This document shows positions 55,527 to 64,000 of a stretch of 64,000 bases of DNA, one piece after another (the first letter of the stretch is position 1; each line of letters starts with the position of its first letter). The position numbers and the translations under genes were made by a program. The notes beneath the pieces are model-generated. The model had not been told where the DNA came from and made no database searches. It was given only the letters and a program-made list of their open reading frames with translations. The stretch comes from an uncultured Candidatus Rokubacteria bacterium (GTDB taxonomy: Bacteria > Methylomirabilota > Methylomirabilia > Rokubacteriales > CSP1-6). The stretch is taken from positions 128,001 through 192,000 of the forward strand of contig CAVWFS010000007.1 of assembly GCA_963754315.1 (NCBI GenBank). The letters run 5' to 3'.

Positions 55527-56801
55527 CTAGGCGAGGGCCTCACTCGCGGCGCGCTCGACGGTGTCGAGATCTAGTTCGGTGTGGGCGAGCGAGACGAATG
55601 CAGCCTCGAACTGGGAGGGGGCGAAGTACACTCCGCGTTCCAGCATCGCGTGGAAGAAGCGAGCGTATCGTCCGGTATCGGAGCCCCGGGCACCAGCGTA
55701 GTCGTGCACCGGGCTCGCCGTGAAGAACCCCGTGAGCATCGAGCCGACCCGGTTGACCGTCACGGCCACTCCGGCCTTCTCGGCGGCGCGCCGCATCCCC
55801 GCCTCAAGCCGGGCCCCGAGCTGCTCCAAGCGTGGATAGGTGTCACGGTCCTCGCGCAGCGCTTTCAGCGTGACGAGCCCGGCCGCGACAGCCAAGGGAT
55901 TGCCCGATAGGGTCCCCGCCTGGTAAACGCCGCCGAGGGGGGCCACGTGACGCATGAGGTCCGCCCGGCCTCCGTAGGCACCGACCGGTAGGCCCCCGCC
56001 GATGATCTTACCCAGACAGGTGAGATCAGCTTGCACGCCGTAACGCTCCTGGGCTCCGCCGTACGCGATCCTGAACCCCGTGATCACTTCGTCGAACACG
56101 AGCAGGGCTCCGTGTCGCGTGCAGAGATCACGCAATCCCTGGAGGAAACCGGGACGCGGAGGAACCACGCCCATGTTGCCGGCTACCGGCTCGACCACCA
56201 CGGCGGCCACGGCGTCGCCATGCCGGCCGAGGACCGTTTGCACCGCCTCGAGATCGTTGAAAGGAACGATCACCGTGAGGGCAGCCAGCGCTGCGGGGAC
56301 TCCACGGCTATCGGGGATGGATAGGGTGGCGCCTCCGGATCCGGCCTTCACCAGCAGGCTGTCGGCATGGCCATGGTAGCAGCCGTCGAACTTCACGATC
56401 AGGTCGCGACCAGTGGCGCCGCGGGCCACCCGGATGGCGCTCATCGTGGCCTCAGTGCCTGAGCTGACCAGCCTTACCATCTCCATCGAGGGGTAGGCGG
56501 CATGGATCGCCTCGGCCATCTCGACTTCCATGGCCGTCGGCGCCCCGTAGCTCGTCCCTCGTCGTGCCGCTTCGGCTACCGCCTCCACGATCACCGGGGG
56601 GGCGTGGCCCAGGATGAGCGGCCCCCACGAGCCGACGAAGTCGATGTAGCTCCGGCCGTCCACGTCATAGAGGCGTGCGCCCTCGGCGCGCGCCACGAAG
56701 AAAGGGTCACCTCCCACTCCCCGGAAAGCCCGTACGGGGCTGTTCACGCCGCCTGGGATGCGGCTCTCGGCAGCGCGCAGGAGCCGTCTCGATTCGGTCA
56801 T
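55527..56801 (-). CDS. hemL: Glutamate-1-semialdehyde 2,1-aminomutase
   Basis: [55 protein letters not shown]. Confidence 0.97.
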   Translation of the reverse strand: MTESRRLLRAAESRIPGGVNSPVRAFRGVGGDPFFVARAEGARLYDVDGRSYIDFVGSWGPLILGHAPPVIVEAVAEAARRGTSYGAPTAMEVEMAEAIHAAYPSMEMVRLVSSGTEATMSAIRVARGATGRDLIVKFDGCYHGHADSLLVKAGSGGATLSIPDSRGVPAALAALTVIVPFNDLEAVQTVLGRHGDAVAAVVVEPVAGNMGVVPPRPGFLQGLRDLCTRHGALLVFDEVITGFRIAYGGAQERYGVQADLTCLGKIIGGGLPVGAYGGRADLMRHVAPLGGVYQAGTLSGNPLAVAAGLVTLKALREDRDTYPRLEQLGARLEAGMRRAAEKAGVAVTVNRVGSMLTGFFTASPVHDYAGARGSDTGRYARFFHAMLERGVYFAPSQFEAAFVSLAHTELDLDTVERAASEALA

Positions 56802-56816
56802 GCTGGGGCTCCTGGT

Positions 56817-57007
56817 ATTGGGGGGTCCAGATTCACCCCCCAATCCCCCCACGTTCGTCGCGCCCCGGGGGACCCGGGGCGCTCCTCTGATTTGGTCATG
56901 CGGGCGCTCCTCTGGTCGGTCATGCTGGTTTCGTGGGATTGGGGGGGCCAGATCACCCTCCGACCTCCCCACGTTCGTCGCGCCCCGGGGACCGGGGCGC
57001 GACTCTG
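56817..57007 (-). repeat. Two copies of the two-hairpin repeat family upstream of hemL
   Basis: 56817-56889 and 56938-57007; minus strand CAGAGGAGCGCCCCGGGTCCCCCGGGGCGCGACGAACGTGGGGGGATTGGGGGGTGAATCTGGACCCCCC. Confidence 0.9.
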
Positions 57008-57046
57008 TTTTGCGCCTGTCAATCTCATGGATGCCTGCGGTCAGTC

Positions 57047-57511
57047 TTAAGCAGTGGTGAGCTCGATGGCGGTGAAATCGCTGCGCGCGGGATCCCAGGC
57101 GAAGCCGGCGGTAGCATCCACGCGGGCCCGCTCGGGGGGGCCCAGCACGGAGGTGACCACGTAAATCGCCTCCGGATAGACGGGTTCGCTTCCCATGAGA
57201 GCCTGGCGCCGGTCCGTTTCCGAGAAGTAGGCACCCGCATCGATGTGAGAGTGATAGATGACCCGTACAGCGAAGCCCTCGGCCTCCAGACGGCCGAGGC
57301 GCAGGAGATCTTGAGGGTCGATGTAGTAGGCGGTTCGCGCATCGCGTGGGTGGCGGACGGGATCACGGGCGTGAAGCTCGTCCTGGACGTTCCGGCATCG
57401 AGTCAGTCGGCGCTCGTCGCCCCGGACCACGATCACCCCGCACGACTCCCGCGGATATTCCTCGATCGCCTGCTGGCGAATAGCGGCCAGCTCGTCCGGG
57501 GTCACGATCAC
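57047..57511 (-). CDS. JAMM/Mov34 metallopeptidase (Mec-like)
   Basis: YPRESCG and YHSH.D..AYFS.TD JAMM motif. Confidence 0.88.
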   Translation of the reverse strand: MIVTPDELAAIRQQAIEEYPRESCGVIVVRGDERRLTRCRNVQDELHARDPVRHPRDARTAYYIDPQDLLRLGRLEAEGFAVRVIYHSHIDAGAYFSETDRRQALMGSEPVYPEAIYVVTSVLGPPERARVDATAGFAWDPARSDFTAIELTTA

Positions 57512-57582
57512 CGTCCGCCTCCAGCCAACGCGGGGATGATGGTCACCGTCCGCCTCCAGCCAACGCGGGGATGATGGTCACC
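57508..57582. repeat. Exact 35-bp tandem duplication of the sulfur-carrier 3' end
   Basis: TCACCGTCCGCCTCCAGCCAACGCGGGGATGATGG occurs twice (57508, 57543), followed by TCACC. Confidence 0.92.
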
Positions 57583-57824
57583 TCGTCACCGTCGTGGAGG
57601 GCCGTACCGAGCCCGCCCAGAACTTCGATCGCTTCGCTGTTGACGTAGATGTTGACGTGGTGATGGACCTCGCCACCCTCGCTCCGTACGAGTCCCTTCA
57701 AATCCGCATAGGAAGTCTCGAGACGATCGAGCAACTCACCGACGCTTCCGGCTTCGGCCACGACGCGATCGCGATTCTGCGTTGCCCGACGAAACGGCGT
57801 CGGGATGTAGACCGTGACTGCCAT
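57543..57824 (-). CDS. Ubiquitin-like sulfur carrier (MoaD/ThiS/CysO family)
   Basis: VTVYIPT.F, VNIYVN.E, L.DGDEV.IIPALAGG followed by GR. Confidence 0.9.
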   Translation of the reverse strand: MAVTVYIPTPFRRATQNRDRVVAEAGSVGELLDRLETSYADLKGLVRSEGGEVHHHVNIYVNSEAIEVLGGLGTALHDGDEVTIIPALAGGGR

Positions 57825-57843
57825 CCTTCACGTTCCTCCAGCG

Positions 57844-58761
57844 TTAGGCCGTGCTCAGGTAGCGCTCGCCAGTGTCCGGGAGTACCGTCACCACCACCTG
57901 GGACGGCCCCAGCTCCTCCGCGACCCGGCAGGCCGCCCACGCGGCTGCCCCCGCCGAGACGCCCACGAGCAGGCCCTCCTCGCGGGCGAGCCGTCGTGAC
58001 CAGGACAGTGCGTCCTCATCGCGCACCTGGATGATCATGTCGATGATCGCCCGATTCAGGATTCCTGGGACGAACGAGGCACCAATTCCCTGGATCGGGT
58101 GGGGCCGCGCCTTGCCCCCCGAGAGCACCGGCGATCGGGCGGGCTCCACAGCGACGATGCGCACCGCGGGGAGCTTGGCCTTGAGGATCTCACCCACACC
58201 GGTGAGGGTCCCGCCCGTCCCGACCCCGGCCACGAAGGCGTCCACGTGGCCGTCGACTGCGTCCAGGATCTCGAGGGCCGTCGTGCGGCGGTGGATCTCC
58301 GGGTTGGCAGGGTTCTCGAACTGCTGGGGCATGTAGGCGCCCGGAAATTCCCGAAGCAGCTCGGTGGCGGCAAACACGGCGCCCGTCATGCCCTCGATGG
58401 CCGGTGTGAGCCGGAGCTCAGCACCGAACCGCTCCAGCAAGCGGCGCCGCTCGAGACTCATGTCGTCGGGCATGGTCAGGATGAGCCGGTAACCCTTGAC
58501 GGCAGCCGCCATGGCCAGCCCGATGCCAGTGTTGCCGCTCGTGGGTTCCACGATGGTGGCTCCCGGCGCCAGTAACCCTCGCCGTTCGGCATCTTCCAGC
58601 ATGGCGAGAGCGATCCGATCTTTGATGCTCCCACCCGGGTTGACCGATTCGAGCTTGGCCACGACGATGGCACCGCCCGCGGAGGGCAAGCGGTTGAGCC
58701 TGACCATCGGCGTGTGGCCGATCAGCTCAAGCACGGAGGACGCGATCTTTGCGGCCGTCAT
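57844..58761 (-). CDS. cysK: Cysteine synthase (CysK-like)
   Basis: IGHTPMVRL, NPGGSIKDR, EPTSGNTGIGL, GVGTGGT, IQGIG, PDTGERYLST. Confidence 0.92.
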   Translation of the reverse strand: MTAAKIASSVLELIGHTPMVRLNRLPSAGGAIVVAKLESVNPGGSIKDRIALAMLEDAERRGLLAPGATIVEPTSGNTGIGLAMAAAVKGYRLILTMPDDMSLERRRLLERFGAELRLTPAIEGMTGAVFAATELLREFPGAYMPQQFENPANPEIHRRTTALEILDAVDGHVDAFVAGVGTGGTLTGVGEILKAKLPAVRIVAVEPARSPVLSGGKARPHPIQGIGASFVPGILNRAIIDMIIQVRDEDALSWSRRLAREEGLLVGVSAGAAAWAACRVAEELGPSQVVVTVLPDTGERYLSTA

Positions 58762-59189
58762 CAGATGTGATACATCGCCTGGGATCCCGCGCGGATCCGG
58801 GCGCGCTCGGCCAGTTCGCCGAAGGTGAGGCGGTCCACGACCTGCGACAGGGCGCGATCGATTTCTTCCCACAGCTCGGCCAGATCCGCAGTGCGCTGGG
58901 CTTGGCCGTTGCGCATGCCGAGCGTCGTCTGGACCCCTTCCACGGCCCGTAGCACATCCCCCACGGTGACTTCCTCGGGACGACGCGTGAGCTGGTAACC
59001 TCCTGCAGCGCCCCGACGCGAGACCAGCAGCTCCGCGTGCTTCAGCGCCTGGAGCACTTGTTCCAAGTACCGCTGCGGGATTCCCTGACGAGCGGCGATC
59101 TCCTGGATGGGGACCGTGCGCCGCCAGGGTTGGAGTGCCAGGTCGAGCATTGCCTTCAGGGCGTATTCGCCTTTGGCCGAGATCCGCAC
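58761..59189 (-). CDS. Rrf2-family transcriptional regulator (Cys-less, CymR-like)
   Basis: MRISAKGEYAL, YLEQ.L..L, S.RG..GGY.L, terminal MYHI; contains no Cys. Confidence 0.88.
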   Translation of the reverse strand: MRISAKGEYALKAMLDLALQPWRRTVPIQEIAARQGIPQRYLEQVLQALKHAELLVSRRGAAGGYQLTRRPEEVTVGDVLRAVEGVQTTLGMRNGQAQRTADLAELWEEIDRALSQVVDRLTFGELAERARIRAGSQAMYHI

Positions 59190-59198
59190 TCCGCGCTC

Positions 59199-60182
<984 letters not shown>

Positions 60183-60183
<1 letters not shown>

Positions 60184-61016
60184 CAGTCTACCCCCTTGCT
60201 CCGCCGCGCCGCCGGCGGCAGCACGCGGGAAAAGTGGTTCTCGATCGCTCGGGCCAGGGCGGGGATGGTGTACTCGCTCGGCATGACCCGGGTGAGCAGC
60301 CCATACTCAGCGGCGGTGGCGGCGGTGATGGGGCCGATGGAGGCCACCGTCACCGCGGTCAGCCAGGCGTGCCGCTCGTCCTCCGTGAACATCTCGGCAA
60401 AGTTGCGTGCCGTCGAAGAACTGGTGAAGGTCACGGCGTCCACCGTGCCCGCCGCCAGCGCGTTGCGCAGGGCCGTTCCACTGGCTCCCACCCGCTTCGT
60501 CGTGTAGACCGGGACCTCGGTCACCACTGAACCGAGCTGAGTAAGTTGCCTGACGAGCAGGTCTCGCGTCTGCGCCGCGCGCGGCAGGAGGATACGATCA
60601 CCGGCCGCGAGCAAGGGCCGGAGCCGCTCCACCAATCCCTCGGCGCGATACTCGTGCGGGACAACCTCGACCCGCAGGCCGTGCTCGGCCAGCGCCTCGG
60701 CCGTGGCGGGGCCAATCGCGGCCAGCCGAGCCTGCGCGAAGCACGCCCAGGTCAAGCGGCGCCCCGTCAACCGGCGATCGACCATGGCCACGCCGTTGAC
60801 GCTGGTGAAGGCGAGCCAGGTGAAGCTCGCGGCGGCGTCGAGGGCCGCGTCCAGAGGCCCCCACGAGGTGGGCGGCTCGATCGAGATGGTCGGTGTCTCG
60901 AGCACGCGCGCGCCCGCTGCCTGGAGCAGGCTGACGAACCGCTGGGCCTGAGCAGCAGCCCGGGTCACCACGATGGTTCTGCCCTCGAGGGGGCGCAGTC
61001 TGGCAATGCTGGCCAT
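60183..61016 (-). CDS. hemD: Uroporphyrinogen-III synthase
   Basis: IVVTR, FTSVNGV, AIGPATA, VYTT, FTSSST, SIGPIT. Confidence 0.92.
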
Positions 61017-61948
61017 CAGGCGGCTCCGTCGGGCACGGCCCGCAATCCCGCCAGGCCAGCTGCGCCGCGCGTGAGCATGTCGTCGGCCAGCTCACCACCG
61101 ACGGCGCGCGCGTGTTCGCGCAGCCCGGCGGCGTGAGCCCGGAGGATGTCGCGCCCGTCCTCGCTCGCGATGAGCGCGCTCAACCGCAGGGTGTCAGGTG
61201 CCGTACCGAGGATCGTCGCGTGTGCCGCGAGGGGACTATTGCACGAAGCCCCCAGGCGACCCAGGAACGCGCGCTCCGCCTCCGCACAGTCCCGCGTCTG
61301 GGGCTCATCCAGTGCGGCCAGCGCAGCCAAGGTTTCCTCATCGTCGGTGCGTGCCTCGACGGCGATGATCCCCTGTCCGATAGCCGGAATGAACTCCTCG
61401 GGATCGAGCGCCACCGCGTGAGGAGGAATCACGCCCAGCCGATGCAGACCGGCTGCGGCCAGGATGATCGCGTCGTACGTACCGCTCTCGAGCTTGACCA
61501 TGCGCGTGTCCACGTTCCCCCGCAGCGGTTCCACCACCAGGTCGGGGCGAGCGGCCAGGACGAGCGCGCGTCGTCGCGGACTCGAGGTTCCCACCACGGA
61601 CCCCGCGTCGAGATCCTCCAGCGCGCGGCCCGTTCGAGTGAGCAACACGTCACGCGGATCCTCGCGGCGGGGAAAGGCGCCCAGACACAATCCTGCGGGC
61701 ATCGCGGCCGGCAAGTCCTTCAGGCTGTGGACGGCCACGTCGATCGTTCCTCGCAGGAGCGCCTGCTCGATCTCGCGGACAAAAAGACCCTTGCCACCCA
61801 CCAGGGCGAGCGGCGCGCCTGCCAGTCGATCGCCTTCTGTACGCATGGGGACGAGTTCCACCGCGTAGCCCTGAGCACGCAGGCCCTGCGCCACCAGGCC
61901 CGCCTGGGCGAGAGCCAGCGCGCTGCGACGGGTCCCCACACGAATCAC
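61016..61948 (-). CDS. hemC: Hydroxymethylbilane synthase
   Basis: GTRRSALALAQ, GKGLFVREI, VHSLKDLP, GTSSPRR, RGNVDTR. Confidence 0.96.
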   Translation of the reverse strand: MIRVGTRRSALALAQAGLVAQGLRAQGYAVELVPMRTEGDRLAGAPLALVGGKGLFVREIEQALLRGTIDVAVHSLKDLPAAMPAGLCLGAFPRREDPRDVLLTRTGRALEDLDAGSVVGTSSPRRRALVLAARPDLVVEPLRGNVDTRMVKLESGTYDAIILAAAGLHRLGVIPPHAVALDPEEFIPAIGQGIIAVEARTDDEETLAALAALDEPQTRDCAEAERAFLGRLGASCNSPLAAHATILGTAPDTLRLSALIASEDGRDILRAHAAGLREHARAVGGELADDMLTRGAAGLAGLRAVPDGAA

Positions 61949-63213
61949 GGCGCCCTCCCCAGGCCGAACAGCTCCTGCACGAATTCCGTCCAGGAGCGCC
62001 CCGCACCGGCCCGCGACGATTCCCGCAGCTTCGTGATCGGCGTGTGCAGGATCTTGTTTACGATGGCGCTGGACACCGCCTCCAGGGCGTCCCGTACCTC
62101 GGGGCTGGCCTGCGGCAGACGCGCCAGGGCTTTGTCCACCTCGGCCTGGCGAATCGTCTCGATTCGCTCGCGCAGGGACACGATGGTGGGAATCACCTCG
62201 ACGTCACGCAAGCGGGTGAAGAACTTCAGGACCTCGCGCTCGACCAGCCCTTCCGCCCGCTGCGCCTCCCGCAGCCGCTCGCGGATGTTGGCATCAACCA
62301 CCGACTTGAGGTCGTCGACGTCGTACACGTACACGTTGGCCAGGGTATTGACGCTCGATTGCACGTTGCGCGGCACCGCGATGTCGATGAAGAACAGCGG
62401 CCGCCGCCGCCCGTGCATGACATCCTGCACGGCTCGTCGCGTCACCAGGGGCTCGGGAGCGGCCGCAGAGGTGATGACGATGTCCACCGAGGTGAGCGCG
62501 TGCATGGTCTCGTCAAATGGGACGGGGGTCCCGGCCAGGGTGCGCGCCATCTCCTGGGCGCGCGCCCACGTGCGATTGGCCACGTAGATGGGGAACGCTC
62601 CGTGCTCGACGAGGTGCTTGGCGGCCAGCTCCCCCATCTTCCCCGCTCCCACCAGCAGCACCGCGCGTCCGCTGAGGTTGGCGAAGATTTTCTTGGCCAG
62701 CTCCACCGCGGCGAACGACACCGACACCGCGTGGCGGGCGATCTCGGTCTCCGTTCGCACACGCTTCGCCACCGCAAAGGCCTGGGTGAACAGCGAATGC
62801 AGAGTGGGCCCCACGGTTTCGCAGTGCTGGGCGAGCGCGAAGGCCTCCTTGACCTGGCCGAGGATCTGCGGCTCCCCGATCATCATGGAGTCGAGGCTCG
62901 AGGCCACGCGGAAGGCGTGGCGCACGGCGTCCTCGTCCACGTGCGTATACAGCGCGGGCTCGACCGTGGCGGGATCGACCCCGCGCTGGCGACAGAGATG
63001 CCGGAAGATCGCCCCTCGCGCCTGACCGGGCGCCTCGGCCACTGCGTAGACTTCCACTCGGTTGCAGGTCGAGAGGATGACCACTTCGGTTGCCCCCGCG
63101 GGCGTCTGGACGTCGCGGAGGATCTCGCGGAGCTTGTCTTCGTCGACCGCGATCTGTTCGCGCAAGGAGATCGGCGCGTTGCGGTGACTCAGCCCGCTCA
63201 CGAAGAGGGCCAT
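61945..63213 (-). CDS. hemA: Glutamyl-tRNA reductase
   Basis: STCNRVE, SLDSMMIGEPQILGQVK, GAGKMG, IDIAVPRNV. Confidence 0.97.
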   Translation of the reverse strand: MALFVSGLSHRNAPISLREQIAVDEDKLREILRDVQTPAGATEVVILSTCNRVEVYAVAEAPGQARGAIFRHLCRQRGVDPATVEPALYTHVDEDAVRHAFRVASSLDSMMIGEPQILGQVKEAFALAQHCETVGPTLHSLFTQAFAVAKRVRTETEIARHAVSVSFAAVELAKKIFANLSGRAVLLVGAGKMGELAAKHLVEHGAFPIYVANRTWARAQEMARTLAGTPVPFDETMHALTSVDIVITSAAAPEPLVTRRAVQDVMHGRRRPLFFIDIAVPRNVQSSVNTLANVYVYDVDDLKSVVDANIRERLREAQRAEGLVEREVLKFFTRLRDVEVIPTIVSLRERIETIRQAEVDKALARLPQASPEVRDALEAVSSAIVNKILHTPITKLRESSRAGAGRSWTEFVQELFGLGRAP

Positions 63214-63267
63214 GCTAGACGTGCTCGCCGCCGACGGGATTCCGAGTCGAACGGGCGGCCCGGGCTC

Positions 63268-64000
63268 TCATGAGCCGTGCCTGCCCGGTACGAAGAGGCC
63301 GATCCCAAGCGTCAGCACAAGAGTGGCGAACCCCGCGATGGCGAAGTAGGCAGCCCGGCGTCCCTGCCAGTTACCGGCGGCGCGTCCCGCCAGGATCGCG
63401 GCATAGATCACCCACGCGAGGAAGGAAAACAGGGCCAGCGGATCGAACGCAAAGACGCTTCCCCATGCGGTCCGCGCCCACAAGGCGCCCAGAAGGAGCG
63501 CGATGGTCAAAAAGGGGAAGCCCAGCACGAGCGTGCGATATGTGAGCCGGTCGAGCGTCTCGAGGTCGGGCAAGCGGTAGTAGAACGTTCCCGGCCGGCG
63601 GGCCTTGAGCTGGCGCTCCTGCAACAGGTACATGATGGCACCCGCGAAATTGAGGACAAACGCGGCGATCCCGATGAGGGCCAGCGCGATGTGGGCCCAG
63701 ATCCACGCGTTCGCGAGAGCAGGACCAATCGCCTCGGGGCCCACCCGGATGGCCATCCCCTTGAGTCCGAGGATGAGGATGACGGGCAGCACGAAGGCCC
63801 CCAAGACCCGCAACCCAGAGTGGCGCTCGAGCCACATCTCGAGGAGCACGGCCACCCACATCGCAGCCGACACGGCTTCAGAGAGGTTACCGAGAGGCGG
63901 CCGGCCCGTTTCAAGAGCCAGGAGAACCAAGGCCAAGGTGTGGCAGGCCCACCCCGCCAGGGTAGCGAGCGAAGCCAGCCGGTGGATCAGTTCCTCACGT
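63268..64000 (-). CDS. CcsA/HemX-like membrane protein (5'-truncated by window edge)
   Basis: Frame open to the window edge; W.WAH, MYLLQER.LK, LP.LETLD, GFPFLT, degenerate WWD (WGSVFAFDP); directly upstream of hemA. Confidence 0.85.
   Translation of the reverse strand, partial: REELIHRLASLATLAGWACHTLALVLLALETGRPPLGNLSEAVSAAMWVAVLLEMWLERHSGLRVLGAFVLPVILILGLKGMAIRVGPEAIGPALANAWIWAHIALALIGIAAFVLNFAGAIMYLLQERQLKARRPGTFYYRLPDLETLDRLTYRTLVLGFPFLTIALLLGALWARTAWGSVFAFDPLALFSFLAWVIYAAILAGRAAGNWQGRRAAYFAIAGFATLVLTLGIGLFVPGRHGS

Noticed and set aside
63268..64000. CcsA as the dedicated NrfA heme lyase
   Set aside because: It has a degenerate WWD motif and the common position upstream of hemA (HemX-like); a CxxCH NrfA would not need a special lyase.

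Overview
GC-rich bacterial chromosomal window; gene style and repeats suggest a Rokubacteria/Methylomirabilota-like lineage (impression only, not verified). It has three parts. (1) 1-8.7 kb is housekeeping: gltB/gltD, a DinB-family gene and a minus-strand lgt - radical SAM - moaA - ChdC/Cld-like run. (2) About 8.8-31.4 kb is an accessory region ending at the 3' end of a tRNA-Gly/Cys/Leu operon. It holds an acyl-CoA ligase, GNAT, EEP nuclease, an orphan HicA-like gene and a co-oriented cassette zwf | aspA-dcu-DASS-OprD porin | nrfH-nrfA (CxxCH type) | xfp. Divergent from this cassette are a Ca2+/H+ antiporter, a K+ channel and a DUF308-like/metallophosphoesterase fusion, followed by decayed RidA and tail-fibre chaperone fragments. 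(3) 32-64 kb is a long minus-strand core run: ccsA-like, hemACDB, Rrf2-cysK-sulfur carrier-JAMM, hemL, VOC, alternative complex III actABCDEF, moeA, dprA, topA, xerC, hslVU, argBDFG, comB-like, pgsA, plsY, gpsA, galT. The strongest unexplained signals are a 57-bp element duplicated upstream of both aspA and nrfH, a covarying two-hairpin repeat family (7 copies, one associated with a triplicated hemL start), and a possible ammonia-generating pH-homeostasis island. Several single-base frameshifts (hemB, aspA, acyl-CoA ligase) look like sequencing errors.
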